This document shows, one piece after another, positions 49,031-60,364 of a stretch of DNA of 64,000 bases. Position 1 is the stretch's first letter; each line of letters opens with the position of its first letter. Position numbers and translations under genes: made by a program. Below the pieces are notes generated by a model. It was not told the DNA's origin and made no database searches. It saw only the letters and a list, made by a program, of their open reading frames with translations. Source of the DNA: a virus (lineage: Duplodnaviria; Caudoviricetes); the IMG/VR virus record IMGVR_UViG_3300031992_000038, positions 32,001-96,000 of that record; one strand, given 5' to 3'.

Positions 49031-49624
49031 ATGAAAACATACAACACAAAAAAGGAAATTGCCGATGCGGTGCTGCGGTTCGGCACGTATGGCAAATTAT
49101 ACGCAAAATCCGTTTACAACAAGTGGAACGCGTGGGTGAAAGGTGTGTACTACGACAAGCAGTCCGACACCATTTGGGTGGACGTTTACGTGCAAGGTGA
49201 CGACACCGATACGGACGCAAGCGTACGTTATGAGTCGTTTGTGTCCGATGGCGACTATTGCGGTTCGGATGAAGGCATTAGGTATCGTCTTAGTCAAGCG
49301 GTGCGAGAGGAATTTCTGAAGGGTCTTTATGACACGATAGAGCGTCTCAAGGGCGAGACAGACGAGGATAGGCGCAAGAAAGAACTGCGGTCGTGGAAGT
49401 ATACCAACCCTGTGGTTGATCGCTTGTACGACACCATCGGCTTACGGCACAAGCAGTATTTCATGCACAAGTGCCCCGAGTACACTCGCTACTGCGAGGC
49501 CAAACGCGTCCTATCCAAATACATAGAAGACCACATTGACCAAATCGCCAAGTTGGACGAGACCCAAGTCAGTGAGTTGTATTGGTCGGTAATTTGGGAC
49601 GCATATTTGGCGGCAAAGGGGTGA
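49031..49624 (+). CDS. cassette gene, hypothetical
   Basis: Behind element 48869. Confidence 0.7.
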   Translation: MKTYNTKKEIADAVLRFGTYGKLYAKSVYNKWNAWVKGVYYDKQSDTIWVDVYVQGDDTDTDASVRYESFVSDGDYCGSDEGIRYRLSQAVREEFLKGLYDTIERLKGETDEDRRKKELRSWKYTNPVVDRLYDTIGLRHKQYFMHKCPEYTRYCEAKRVLSKYIEDHIDQIAKLDETQVSELYWSVIWDAYLAAKG

Positions 49625-50162
49625 TGGGTTTTTAACTTGACAATGCGGGCGCACACCGAACAAGGGTTGCGCCCATTTTTTGCGACCTTGCGCGAGGGTA
49701 AGCCTTCCCGTCTTGCGACACTGAAAGGTAAGCAAAATTCTTCACATACACAAGAACTTTAACACTTTTAACACTCACACTTTTAACACATTTTTAACAT
49801 TAAAAATTTGGTCAATCCAAAAAGTTTTCTTACCTTACAGATGTTGAGAGAGGGATACAACCTCAAAGGGCAAGGATGAAACCTTGGAGTATATTTTCCA
49901 TCGCGCCCTATTGTGTAATCTTTAATGTTTCTTTTTTTGTAACATTTTTTTAACACTTAAAATTTGCACATGTCAGATTTTTTTCTTACCTTCAAGTGCC
50001 ACCGCACGGGGAGGCTTACCTTGCACAGACGGAAAAAGATTTACATCATTAACATTCTTTAACGGAAAATATTTGGCCGTCCCAAATATTATGCTTACCT
50101 TTCAATCGTCAAGTTAAGGGGGCGACACCCCCACAAGTTAAACCTATTAAAATAATAAGGAT

Positions 50163-50726
50163 ATGGCAACACCAAATTACCACAAGGCTATGACAAAGCA
50201 ATACCACGTCATCGAGAGCGAGGATGTGAATGTGTACGACTTGTATGAGCAAATCATGGAATGTGACGGCTTCGAGCAGTCAAACGTCCACCGCACCCGT
50301 CGGGGAGACGTTGTTCTCGGCGAGAAGGAGACTGTAGCACGCTACGGCAAGCGATGCACCTTTGACCTTACACTGACAATGCTTGTATCGGTCAACTCGG
50401 GGTACTACTTCGGGGCAAACGTGGACTACGAACTATATGCGCACATTGACGGGGGCAGTGATTTCATCCTGTCATCCTTCGACACCATCGAGGACGCGGT
50501 TGACGCCCTGATGGAGGAGGCATTCGACAACGCCGACTACGATTATGTGTGGTTCAACAAGGGTCTTCAGAAGACCCACGAGGAGAGCATCCGCAAGATG
50601 TACACCGAAGCCATCGAGAAGGCGATGGAAGAAGGCGAGAAAATCTGCGAGAGCATGGCTGACACGCATCTGCGCTGCATCGGGGTGTTCAGCAACGGCG
50701 AGGCGGTCTACGAGGTTGCAGGCTGA
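50163..50726 (+). CDS. cassette gene, hypothetical
   Basis: SGYYFGAN...FSNGEAVY. Confidence 0.7.
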   Translation: MATPNYHKAMTKQYHVIESEDVNVYDLYEQIMECDGFEQSNVHRTRRGDVVLGEKETVARYGKRCTFDLTLTMLVSVNSGYYFGANVDYELYAHIDGGSDFILSSFDTIEDAVDALMEEAFDNADYDYVWFNKGLQKTHEESIRKMYTEAIEKAMEEGEKICESMADTHLRCIGVFSNGEAVYEVAG

Positions 50727-50881
50727 CGACAAAGCATCGGGGGCGCACACCGCACCGGATGCGCCCCTACATTATACTAAAAGTACTCAAATGAGTACAA
50801 CATTAACAATTATTAACACGCAAGGTATTGCACATGTCAGAAATTTTGCTTACCTTTGCCACATAACAATTTCAAAAGATT

Positions 50882-51394
50882 ATGCTAAAAGAAACAAATG
50901 CGAAAATCAAGCATGGCGCCGTCATTGATATGTGCGCTACCGGTGCCCACGGCGCAAGCCTGAGAGACCGAAAGAACCTGTCTTCAGTGACCTTGAAGAT
51001 GGATGGCGGGCGCACGATGTCGTTCAAGGCCATCCGCCACATGGACGGAGAGCATGACCGCCTTGGCGAGACTGAGATACTTTTTGAGGACTCGGGCCGA
51101 GAGGTGTTCTGCGGAACGCTGACCGAACTTGAGAGCCGTCTCTACAACGTCCGCTATCAATATGAGGGCGAGATATACAACCGCGAGGAGTTTGAGGATG
51201 TGATCAGGGAACTGCTATGCAGCGGTGACCTGTTCTACAACGACACCCCATTGTTGGACGTTGGTGACGTGATAGACGTGGCTGAGAGGGAGCGCAAGTG
51301 CTATTTGCAGCATTACGTTGGCGGTCTTGGCGAATGCGCCTACCCTGCAAACCTTTTTGTCAAGGTGGTGACGCTTGACCGCAAGACACGATAA
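50882..51394 (+). CDS. cassette gene, hypothetical
   Basis: Behind promoter ATTG-N20-TACCTTTG (50827-50858). Confidence 0.65.
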   Translation: MLKETNAKIKHGAVIDMCATGAHGASLRDRKNLSSVTLKMDGGRTMSFKAIRHMDGEHDRLGETEILFEDSGREVFCGTLTELESRLYNVRYQYEGEIYNREEFEDVIRELLCSGDLFYNDTPLLDVGDVIDVAERERKCYLQHYVGGLGECAYPANLFVKVVTLDRKTR

Positions 51395-51681
51395 CGATAA
51401 GAGGATTTTTGTGTGTTTTTCATGGCGCCGCGCCCGTCCGCGATGGATAGGTGCGGTTTTCTTTTGCCCTTGCGCAAGGGTAAGCCTCCCCCTTGCTGCG
51501 CAATGGAAGGTAAGCATTTCAGATGACATGTGCAAGGCTTTTAACACTTTTAACCTTTGTGCTTTAACAATGTTAAAGATGTTAATTTGCTTGCACAACC
51601 CAAAAAGTTTACTTACCTTTCGTTTGTCAAGTTAAGGGAATGACACCCCACTAAGTTCAACAATCTAAATCAAGGAAATAT

Positions 51682-51984
51682 ATGTTTGTTCCTAAGAAGG
51701 CAGCCCCTGAGGTTGAGAAATACAAGAAAACAATGTTGCGCGGATGCGCGTTCAGAGTTGACTCGGGTCACGATTTCATGGATGTGATTGAGCGGCGAGA
51801 CATCAACAAATGTGACGCAAAGTATGGTGTAGGTCGAGGCGATTTCAGACGTGTGGAGAAGTACACAGACCAATTCACGCAAGCTGTAGAAGAACTGAAA
51901 CAAGAAGGGTACATCGTCAAGAAAGTTCCTTGCGATTGCAGTCCTGCGTGCCAATACCACGCAAATCTGTATTACCTTGCGTAA
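51682..51984 (+). CDS. cassette gene, hypothetical
   Basis: Behind element 51479. Confidence 0.65.
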   Translation: MFVPKKAAPEVEKYKKTMLRGCAFRVDSGHDFMDVIERRDINKCDAKYGVGRGDFRRVEKYTDQFTQAVEELKQEGYIVKKVPCDCSPACQYHANLYYLA

Positions 51985-52329
51985 AACGGCACATAACGGC
52001 ATCAGACGTTAGGATGGTATAACTAATCGCCTTGGCGGGAAAACGCTCTCACAAGCAAAATGTGGGGCATTTTCCCGCTATCTGCGTCCAAATATGCACA
52101 CGGATTTATTTTGCGCCCTTGCGCGATGGGTAAGCCTCTCCGTCTTGCGACACTTGAAGGTAAGGAATTTTCCTGACATGTGCAAGGCTTTTAACGTTTT
52201 TAACATTTCAACCATCGATATGTTAATTGTGTTAAAGTGCTTGCACAATCCAAACATTATGCTTACCTTTCAATCGTCAAGTTAAGGGGATGACAACCCC
52301 ATCAAGTTCAACCATCTAAAAGCAAGAAT

Positions 52330-53016
52330 ATGTCAGCACCAATTAAGACAAAGGGTACCTGCGAGCCGCAGGTAAGTGAGAAAATCTATAACGCAGTTGT
52401 AAGCGCGATTGCGCGCCGCGACGAGGGTGTGTCATCCGTCAAGGTGGACGTGAACCTTGTCGGCCACGGCCTCCGTCCGTTTGGCGACTACGGACAAGGG
52501 GCATACATCGACTTTTCGGTGTCGGTTGAAGGGAAAAAGTTTGACGGACTTGGACGCGTGGAGTTGGCGGAGACCGCACGCAAACTGAATGGCATCAAGT
52601 CGGCATCGGTTGACGTGGAGAGCAAGGGTCTCTACTTCAGTTACGGGAACTTTGCCCCCGACATGGAGTTCCCGAGCGTGTTCCGAACATTCGGCAAGCC
52701 ATGCAAGCAGTTCAAGGAACTGCAAAAACTTGCCGCCCGCAAGGGTCTCACAATTGACGTGAAAGACCTCTACAAAGTGCGCTTGTTCGGCAAGCGCGGT
52801 GTGTATGACGAGAGCGGGGAGCGCGACTACACCGCCTACAATCCGAGACGTTGCGAGAGCATCATCAGCGGCATCAAGGCATGGGGGCGCAAGCGAGTAA
52901 CGCTCAAGGTGGAGACAGTGGACGATGTCGATGACCTTGAATACTCAATCCGCTACGAGACGGAGTGCTACGGCTCGCGGTTGAAGACCATCCACGTTGA
53001 GCGCAAGACCGCATAG
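52330..53016 (+). CDS. cassette gene, hypothetical
   Basis: Behind element 52129. Confidence 0.7.
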   Translation: MSAPIKTKGTCEPQVSEKIYNAVVSAIARRDEGVSSVKVDVNLVGHGLRPFGDYGQGAYIDFSVSVEGKKFDGLGRVELAETARKLNGIKSASVDVESKGLYFSYGNFAPDMEFPSVFRTFGKPCKQFKELQKLAARKGLTIDVKDLYKVRLFGKRGVYDESGERDYTAYNPRRCESIISGIKAWGRKRVTLKVETVDDVDDLEYSIRYETECYGSRLKTIHVERKTA

Positions 53017-53141
53017 GGTAGTACTCAAATGGGTACAACTGGCGGGTGCAATATCCCGCCCACACTTAAACATTTTTTAACACTAAAAATTTGGTTAATT
53101 CAATTATTTTACTTACCTTTGTATTGTAAATCATTAAGGAT

Positions 53142-53420
53142 ATGTTAAACTACAACAAAATCATCGACAACGAGAACTTCATCACAGCTATCAGCAACAT
53201 CTACGGCCGTTGGTTGGACGAGCAGATGTATGAGAGCGGTGACGACTACAGAGACGTCCTTGTCTCCTTGCTGAAAAAGTACAATGGCGAGGACATTGAC
53301 ATTACAAATGTCAAGTTCCGCAAAAGGCCATTCGGCATCAAGTTCACCACCCCATGCGACAACAAAGTGTGGCAACTGAAAGTCACAATGCACACCATAG
53401 GCATTCAAAGAATAGGGTAA
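53142..53420 (+). CDS. cassette gene, hypothetical
   Basis: YGRWLDE..YE...DY, KRPFG. Confidence 0.7.
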   Translation: MLNYNKIIDNENFITAISNIYGRWLDEQMYESGDDYRDVLVSLLKKYNGEDIDITNVKFRKRPFGIKFTTPCDNKVWQLKVTMHTIGIQRIG

Positions 53421-53700
53421 GCACGATTTGACTATGGGATTGATGACCGCGCCCGTCCGTGATGGATAGGTGCGGTTCTTCTTTCACCGCTGACACAAAG
53501 GTAAGCCTCCCCTTGCTGCGCAATGGAAGGTAAGCATTTTTCTGCGCATGTGCAAGTCTTTTAACGTTTTTAACATTCAATATTTCAATATGTTAAAAGT
53601 GTTAATTTGCTTGGCCAATCCAAATATTATGCTTACCTTACGGATGTCAAGTTAAGGGGGCGACACCCCCGCAAGTTCAACCATCTAATTGTAACGAACA

Positions 53701-54006
53701 ATGAAAGAGAAATTCAATGACTTATCGCTAAAGGTGACTATGGCGAGCCTCGCCCTAAAAGCCAAAGTGTACGAAGAACTTGAACGCCGCGGGGTGGCGG
53801 TGCCCGTCCGTGACGATGACGGAAATCCGTTGCGGTGGACCTATTACCATGAAGGGGATGCGGACATAATAACAATCACTGACGTTTGCGCCAATGGCGG
53901 TCAGATTATGGTCGGCTTTGAGACTTCGGACGGGACACCGACAGAACTCCCGATTTGGGATTTCATTGACGGGATTGATATAATTGACTATATCCAATGG
54001 GATTAA
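53701..54006 (+). CDS. cassette gene, hypothetical
   Basis: Behind element 53500. Confidence 0.65.
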   Translation: MKEKFNDLSLKVTMASLALKAKVYEELERRGVAVPVRDDDGNPLRWTYYHEGDADIITITDVCANGGQIMVGFETSDGTPTELPIWDFIDGIDIIDYIQWD

Positions 54007-54019
54007 AAACGTAAAAGGT

Positions 54020-54598
54020 ATGTACACGATTAAACACAACAACAAGATTAAATACAACGATAAGGAAGGCTCGGTCGGAGAAAACGGCTTGTTTGCCACA
54101 ATGGAAGAGGCATGCGCCGAGTTGGAGAAAATGGAGGACCGCCTTATCGCAGAGTTCGGCGAAACCCCATACGACTGCTCAGAGGACAGGGACGATGATG
54201 AGCGCCTGACTTGGTTCATCCTGCTCAACAACAAGACGCACTCCTCATGCGAGGCGTGGGTGGACGTTGACGAGCAGACCAAACACGCGGAGAACGTCAA
54301 CTATCTGAACCATTGCATCGGTATCATGTACAACGGGGAAACCGATAGCGGCACGGAACTTGAGGCATACACGCCTGCAGGCGAGGACATGATTATCAAC
54401 CTTGATAAACTGACACGGGCTGAGTTCCTTTCGTGGGTAGACGATTTTGACATCAACGAACGCGTCGTGATGTGGTGGCCTAACGGACACAAAGCAGAGG
54501 GGCAAGGGGTGCCGTTCAACAACATCATGGAGCATTACTTGGACTACCAAAAGTTCCTCAACACAATGCGCCAAATCGCAGAGGGAATGCCGTATTAG
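54020..54598 (+). CDS. cassette gene, hypothetical
   Basis: ELEAYTPAGED. Confidence 0.65.
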   Translation: MYTIKHNNKIKYNDKEGSVGENGLFATMEEACAELEKMEDRLIAEFGETPYDCSEDRDDDERLTWFILLNNKTHSSCEAWVDVDEQTKHAENVNYLNHCIGIMYNGETDSGTELEAYTPAGEDMIINLDKLTRAEFLSWVDDFDINERVVMWWPNGHKAEGQGVPFNNIMEHYLDYQKFLNTMRQIAEGMPY

Positions 54599-54848
54599 GA
54601 AAAGCAATTCTATCGTAGTTCCGTGTGCGCTCGCCCACAACAGGGTGGGCGCATACATTTTATCCGCACCGCCGGCGCGAGGGTAAGCCTCCCCGTCTTG
54701 CGACACTTGAAGGTAAGCATTTTCCTCTACGCGTGCAAGGCTTTTAACACTTTTAACACTTCTGTAGCGTATATGTTAAAAACGTTAATTTGCTTGTGTA
54801 ATTCAGATATTATGCTTACCTTTCGTATGTAATCATTAAGGATATGGC

Positions 54849-55019
54849 ATGAAAAAGAAAAAAGACAACACTAACATCATCACCGCAATTTTTTGGTGGT
54901 TCGGTGTATTGGTCGGAATACCGGCCGCAGCGTTAAGCGCGTTCAAGTTGGACGCCGGTGGATTTCTCATCTTTGCACTGCTTTCAGTGCCGTGTATATA
55001 TACTTCGTTTAACCATTAA
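54849..55019 (+). CDS. 56-aa two-TM membrane protein (not in ORF track)
   Basis: MKKKKDNTNIITAIFWWFGVLVGIPAAALSAFKLDAGGFLIFALLSVPCIYTSFNH directly behind an element promoter. Confidence 0.55.
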   Translation: MKKKKDNTNIITAIFWWFGVLVGIPAAALSAFKLDAGGFLIFALLSVPCIYTSFNH

Positions 55020-55032
55020 AAAGCAAATGATT

Positions 55033-55437
55033 ATGGGACAGTTTTCGTGGTTCACGCAAGACACACACCACCGCATCCAAAACGGGCACAAGTTCCGTGT
55101 GGTCATGGCGGACAACAATGGCAACAAGTACGTAGAGGATTGTTATGAAGGCTATGGAGTCTTCGGCGGCAAGGACTATTATGCACTGCTCGCCGAGATG
55201 AACGGCCACACGCTCGCAGAGTTCAACGGAGACGAGGAAGCGTTGCGTCTCAAGGGCATTGAACTTGCGTTTGACGGGCACCCAGAGGGGAACAACCCCA
55301 ACGTGCTGCATCCTTCGCTCACCGAGAGCGGGGACTACATGGACGGAACGCCGCCCGAGATTGACCCAAATCAGGGGTTCGATGACTTTTGGCTGAGACC
55401 CTATGAGGGCAACGAGGAGGACGAGGAATACTTGTAA
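55033..55437 (+). CDS. cassette gene, phage protein
   Basis: MGQFSW...YEGYGVFGGKDYYALLAEMN. Confidence 0.75.
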   Translation: MGQFSWFTQDTHHRIQNGHKFRVVMADNNGNKYVEDCYEGYGVFGGKDYYALLAEMNGHTLAEFNGDEEALRLKGIELAFDGHPEGNNPNVLHPSLTESGDYMDGTPPEIDPNQGFDDFWLRPYEGNEEDEEYL

Positions 55438-55663
55438 TAACTTGACAATGCGGGCGGATGCCACACACGGCACCGCCCATTTCTTTTGCCCAAACGCAAG
55501 GGTAAGCCTTCCCGTCTTGCGACACTTGAAGGTAAGGAAAAATCCCCACATGCGCAAGTGTTTTAACGTTTTTAACATTTCATCAAACAATGTGTTAATT
55601 GTGTTAAAGTGCTTGTATAATTCAGATATTATGCTTACCTTTCGGATGTAATCATTAAAGATA

Positions 55664-55918
55664 ATGTATATGGACTACCAACAAATAAACGAGATGCTCA
55701 TGGACGCGTGCCGAGAGCAAATAAAAAAGTTCGATGGCGAGTTAAACCTAACGTCCAACAACTACGGGTTCTGCACCGCGTGGTTGGAAGACGATGAAGT
55801 GTGGTGGGACAAGGACTTAGACCACATGGATAGCGAGATGAGCGAGACTACAGAACTCTCCGCTCTGTTGGACACAATCTTAAAGACCGAAAAGGAACTT
55901 GAGGATGAAAAGCAATAG
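55664..55918 (+). CDS. cassette gene, acidic hypothetical
   Basis: Behind element 55501. Confidence 0.65.
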   Translation: MYMDYQQINEMLMDACREQIKKFDGELNLTSNNYGFCTAWLEDDEVWWDKDLDHMDSEMSETTELSALLDTILKTEKELEDEKQ

Positions 55919-56096
55919 GACATACGAAACAGGCTATTCAATGGGATACGATTGGGTGGCCTATGAGGGCGGCAACCCATCACGCGTTGTGTCCGAACTG
56001 CGGGCGAGGGGCGCATCCCCAAGACAACAATGGGGTGTGGCATTTATGCAAGGCGCAAGGGATGCCGCGCAGGGACTGCCAAGGAAATACAACTAA
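55905..56096 (+). CDS. hypothetical protein
   Basis: Short coupled ORF. Confidence 0.5.
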   Translation: MKSNRTYETGYSMGYDWVAYEGGNPSRVVSELRARGASPRQQWGVAFMQGARDAAQGLPRKYN

Positions 56097-56384
56097 ACCA
56101 CGCGACATAGGGATAAATCATGCGTAATTTATAGTTTTGGCCGCCGCACTTGTCCGAGAGGGATAGGTGCGGTTCTTCTTTCACCGCCGGCACGAGGGTA
56201 AGCCTCCCCGTCTTGCGACACTTGAAGGTAAGCATTTTCTGTGACATGCGCAAGTCTTTTAACGTTTTTAACACTTCTGTAGTGTATATGTTAAAGATGT
56301 TAATTTGCTTGCACAAACCGGAACTTTTACTTACCTTTCGTTCAGAAATCAAGGGATAATCCCAAGATATGAAAAGCGTCTGTC

Positions 56385-56588
56385 ATGATTATAATAACAT
56401 TTAGGATAGAAGAAGCGGGAACCTTCGATAAGGTCGCGGTTCATTGCGCTGACAACATCGAGGCGCGATGCGTCATTGGGTATGTCATTGGGTTACGCAA
56501 GGTGTCTAACGTCCGAATGAACCGATGCGGACGATGCGCAAAGGGGACCAAGCATTACACGAAGGACGAGTTCTTCAGTCGTTACTAA
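56385..56588 (+). CDS. cassette gene, hypothetical
   Basis: Behind element 56197. Confidence 0.55.
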   Translation: MIIITFRIEEAGTFDKVAVHCADNIEARCVIGYVIGLRKVSNVRMNRCGRCAKGTKHYTKDEFFSRY

Positions 56589-56667
56589 GTGTTAAAAGTG
56601 TTAATTTGCTTGCACAATCCAAATATTATGCTTACCTTTCGTATGTAATCATTAAAGGAAAAATATT

Positions 56668-56865
56668 ATGAGAGTAACAAACATCCTATGGGACACTGAC
56701 GGGGAGAGCGTTGACCTCCCAACCGAGGTCGATATTATTGACAACATCGACGAGGACGAGGTGGCCGACTACCTGTCGGACGAGTACGGATATTTGGTGG
56801 AAAGTTTTTTTCTGCCGGAGAAAGAGACTGAGTTTTACGACAATCTGGACAACTGGATTGGATGA
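56668..56865 (+). CDS. small acidic phage protein
   Basis: NILWDTDG...ADYLSDEYGYLVESF. Confidence 0.7.
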   Translation: MRVTNILWDTDGESVDLPTEVDIIDNIDEDEVADYLSDEYGYLVESFFLPEKETEFYDNLDNWIG

Positions 56866-56898
56866 GAGATAATTGTTAAACCACAAAAAATCCCAACA

Positions 56899-57306
56899 AT
56901 GGAAATGGAAAAAGAACTCAAAATCAACGGCTATCCCGCCTATCAGGCAACCGCCGAGAACATTATGGCCGCATACGAGGCCGCCGAGAGTGAGACCGAG
57001 AAGGCTGAAATCGCCAAGTACTACATGGAGAGCCGACTCAAGTATGAGGTGTGCCGCAAAGACGAGACCAAGGACGAGAACTTCGGCCGCAAGTTCGAAG
57101 ACTTTGTAAACGGCCCTATGTGCGACCCACGCAAGGTGGCCGACCGAATGGCCCGTGCGCACCGCTACCTCGTTCAGAAGATGTTCGAGGTCTGCTACGA
57201 GTTCATCCGCATCCTCGCAGAGCATTTCGACAAAGGATGGTACGACCCGCGAGACGAATGGGCATGCAAGACCTCCAAGAAGATTTGGGAGACCATCAAC
57301 GGCTGA
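56899..57306 (+). CDS. hypothetical phage protein
   Basis: HRYLVQ...YDPRDEWAC. Confidence 0.7.
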   Translation: MEMEKELKINGYPAYQATAENIMAAYEAAESETEKAEIAKYYMESRLKYEVCRKDETKDENFGRKFEDFVNGPMCDPRKVADRMARAHRYLVQKMFEVCYEFIRILAEHFDKGWYDPRDEWACKTSKKIWETING

Positions 57307-57636
57307 CAATATCCTTTTTAACTTGACTGACGTGACAGAGCGGAACCGGCAATGGCCGGTCCGCCCTGTCGGGACAGGAGCGGAACCGAAACGAGCGGTC
57401 TGCCCTGTCCCACTTTTTTGTGCCCTTGCGCGATGGGTAAGCCTCTCCGTCTTGCGACACTTGAAGGTAAGGAATTTTCCTGACATGTGCAAGGCTTTTA
57501 ACGTTTTTAACATCTCTATGTTGAATATGTTAAAAGTGTTAATTTGCTTGGCCAATCCAAATAAATTACCTACCTTCCCATTGTCAAGTTAAGGGAGTGA
57601 CACCCCGCAAAGTTCAACCCTCTATATAGTCAAGTT

Positions 57637-57822
57637 ATGGAGAACGAAAAGAAAAAAGAATTTATCATAAATTTCCGTTGCTCGGCGGTCATCGAGGCCG
57701 AGAGCGGTCGTGAGGCGATGGAGATTTTTCAGAACATGGACCTCCGCCTGCCGGAGAACGTGGAGTTCACCGAATATATCAATGTCTTGGACACGAACAC
57801 CTTTGAGGAGGTTGAGGTATGA
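57637..57822 (+). CDS. cassette gene, hypothetical
   Basis: IEAES..EA motif. Confidence 0.6.
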   Translation: MENEKKKEFIINFRCSAVIEAESGREAMEIFQNMDLRLPENVEFTEYINVLDTNTFEEVEV

Positions 57823-58178
57823 ACTACGACTACACATTTGAACAGGAGTACAAGGACGACAAGCGCAAAGAGAGTTTTCTGTTCTTCTCGTTGGGTATCG
57901 TTCAGGTGCCCTACTACAATAACTCCTACGGCTACCGCACCTACCGGTTCCCACGAACATACAGGGGAGACCGAATGGTGATTGAGTTCACCGAATACCT
58001 CAGGGAGAAGGGTCGCGGGTATGAACTGAACTACATATTCTGTCCCGAGTGGGAGCAGCAGGTCGCAGACACAGGCCCTCTTCCACCCAAACCGGAAAAG
58101 CGCAGTCTGTTCTCACGGATAGCGGGCCTTTTCAAGCGAGAGAAGGAGGTCCCATTGCAGACCACACGGAAGATTTGA
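57819..58178 (+). CDS. hypothetical protein
   Basis: ATGA-coupled ORF. Confidence 0.6.
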   Translation: MNYDYTFEQEYKDDKRKESFLFFSLGIVQVPYYNNSYGYRTYRFPRTYRGDRMVIEFTEYLREKGRGYELNYIFCPEWEQQVADTGPLPPKPEKRSLFSRIAGLFKREKEVPLQTTRKI

Positions 58179-58433
58179 GCATACGGGCGGTTGACACATG
58201 TCACCGCCCATTTCATTCACCCTTTCGCAAGGGTAAGCCTCCCCGTGCGGTGGCACTTGAAGGTAAGGAATTTTCCTGACATGTGCAAGGCTTTTAACGT
58301 TTTTAACATTTGCACTTTAATAATGTTAAAAGTGTTAATTTGCTTGCATAGTTCAAATTTTATGCTTACCTTTCGTTTGTCAAGTTAAGGGAATTGACAC
58401 TCCCACAAAGTTCAACCATCTAAAATCAAGGAT

Positions 58434-59057
58434 ATGGAAACGAAGAAAATATTCAAGTTGGTGTCTGTGACCATTAAGGACGGCGCAACAAAGTCGAACT
58501 CTCAGGTCTTTGCAAGTCGGCAAGAAGCCGAGGAGCGAATTGACGTGGAGAAAGCCATAGTGAACCGCCGAGGAGACTACATTGTAACGGAAGACATGGC
58601 CATGTCACCCGACCGCGAGACCATCCACATTTGGAAAATCGTTGAAGAGGAGATTGAAATGGGGTATTACCCCGTGTCGTATGTGACCCGCGGTGTCGTG
58701 TTGGTCAAGGCAATTGACGAGTATGATGCCTACGACAAAGTGGGTCAATACCGCATCGCGCCGAACCTGCCCGACAACTTTGACGGCACCGTTATCGAAC
58801 TAACTGTAGAATATGACAGTAGTGACAAAAATGCGGCTGATGACGTCATAAAGGATTGGGGCACGTGCTGCGACCTTGACGAGTGCAATAGTGCCTATGA
58901 ACTCGGCGGCATCAAAACCACCATCCACGACTATGAGGATGACGACAGGAACCATAGTAAGTATTACACAGACTTCGATGAGTGGTGGACATCACTCACG
59001 CCAGAGAAGCGGCGCAACATCTTCGCCACCATCAACAAATGGAACTATATTGTATAG
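58434..59057 (+). CDS. cassette gene, hypothetical
   Basis: Behind element 58232. Confidence 0.7.
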   Translation: METKKIFKLVSVTIKDGATKSNSQVFASRQEAEERIDVEKAIVNRRGDYIVTEDMAMSPDRETIHIWKIVEEEIEMGYYPVSYVTRGVVLVKAIDEYDAYDKVGQYRIAPNLPDNFDGTVIELTVEYDSSDKNAADDVIKDWGTCCDLDECNSAYELGGIKTTIHDYEDDDRNHSKYYTDFDEWWTSLTPEKRRNIFATINKWNYIV

Positions 59058-59344
59058 TTCCATCAACAAATGGAAATAGCGACAACCGCATACAGGGCGA
59101 GTGCCACACACGGCACCGCCCGTTTCATTTGCCCACACACAAAGGTAAGCCTCCCCTTGCTGCGCAATGGAAGGTAAGCAAAATTCTCCACATGTGCAAG
59201 CCTTTTAACACTTTTAACACTTCATACATCAATATGTTAAAAAGGTTAATTTGCTTGCACAACCCAGATAAAAGGCTTACCTTTCAATCGTCAAGTTAAG
59301 GGGAGTGACACCCCCGCAAGTCCAACCATCTAAACGATGCAAGT

Positions 59345-60085
59345 ATGATACATTTCGCAAGCAAAACAGAATTCATCGAAATGACCCGTGCCGCCGAGGC
59401 CGAGGCGAGAACCTCCACATTTGCCGCCAAGAAGGGGTATGTGGATGACCTGAACGTCTTGTCTCAGGTTTTCGGTGAGACCACGAATCCGATACTCCCA
59501 TACTTTAGCAGTGAAATTGAGAAATTCATGGGGAAGGCCAAGGACGTTGAGTTCGTGAACTACTATGAGTTCACGATATATGCGGACATATTCAGAAATG
59601 ACGGGCATGCACGTCCCGGCACACTCAGTGCAAAAACCGCCATCAAGTGGAATGGTGCGTTGTACGACATATTCCCCGCCGACAATAACGGAAAGACGTT
59701 TGAGTTCGCCATCGCAGGCGATGAGCGAAAGTACCGCCGCTTGCCGGACGGGTACTACACCAACCTCGTCAAGCCCAACAATGTGGGTTCTATGACCGCC
59801 AAGAAGATGACCGCATGGGCGAGTTATCTGACTGACAAAGCAGGTGTCTATGACAAGACGATGAACGAGAGAGACCTTAAGGTGAAGCGGTTCGTGTGCC
59901 GCTTGCGCGAGCAGTTCGGCGACCTTCCATCAATCGGAGAGCGCAGCGGAAAGGTGGTGATGAATAACCTGAAATTGGAGTACCGCGCCGACACTGACGG
60001 GATTTTGTCCGCCACATTGGGCATCGTCAAAAATCCGTACATTGCGGAAGAATGCCTTGACACGTTCATTTCAATGGTCAAGTAG
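59345..60085 (+). CDS. cassette gene, paralog of 45968..46708
   Basis: Shared C-terminal motifs. Confidence 0.75.
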   Translation: MIHFASKTEFIEMTRAAEAEARTSTFAAKKGYVDDLNVLSQVFGETTNPILPYFSSEIEKFMGKAKDVEFVNYYEFTIYADIFRNDGHARPGTLSAKTAIKWNGALYDIFPADNNGKTFEFAIAGDERKYRRLPDGYYTNLVKPNNVGSMTAKKMTAWASYLTDKAGVYDKTMNERDLKVKRFVCRLREQFGDLPSIGERSGKVVMNNLKLEYRADTDGILSATLGIVKNPYIAEECLDTFISMVK

Positions 60086-60364
60086 AGACACACGCGGCGA
60101 GCAAAGCAGAGAACGGGCGGATTCCACACACACGGCACCGCCCATTTCTTTTGCCCAAACGCAAGGGTAAGCCTTCCCGTCTTGCGACACTGAAAGGTAA
60201 GCAAATTTCCCAACATACGCAAGGCTTTTAACACTTTTAACATTCAATATTTTAAAATGTTAAAAATGTTAATTTGCTTGGCCAATCCAAATAAATTACC
60301 TACCTTCCCATCGTCAAGTTAAGGGAATGACACCCCACAAGTTAAACCATCTAAATCTACGGAT

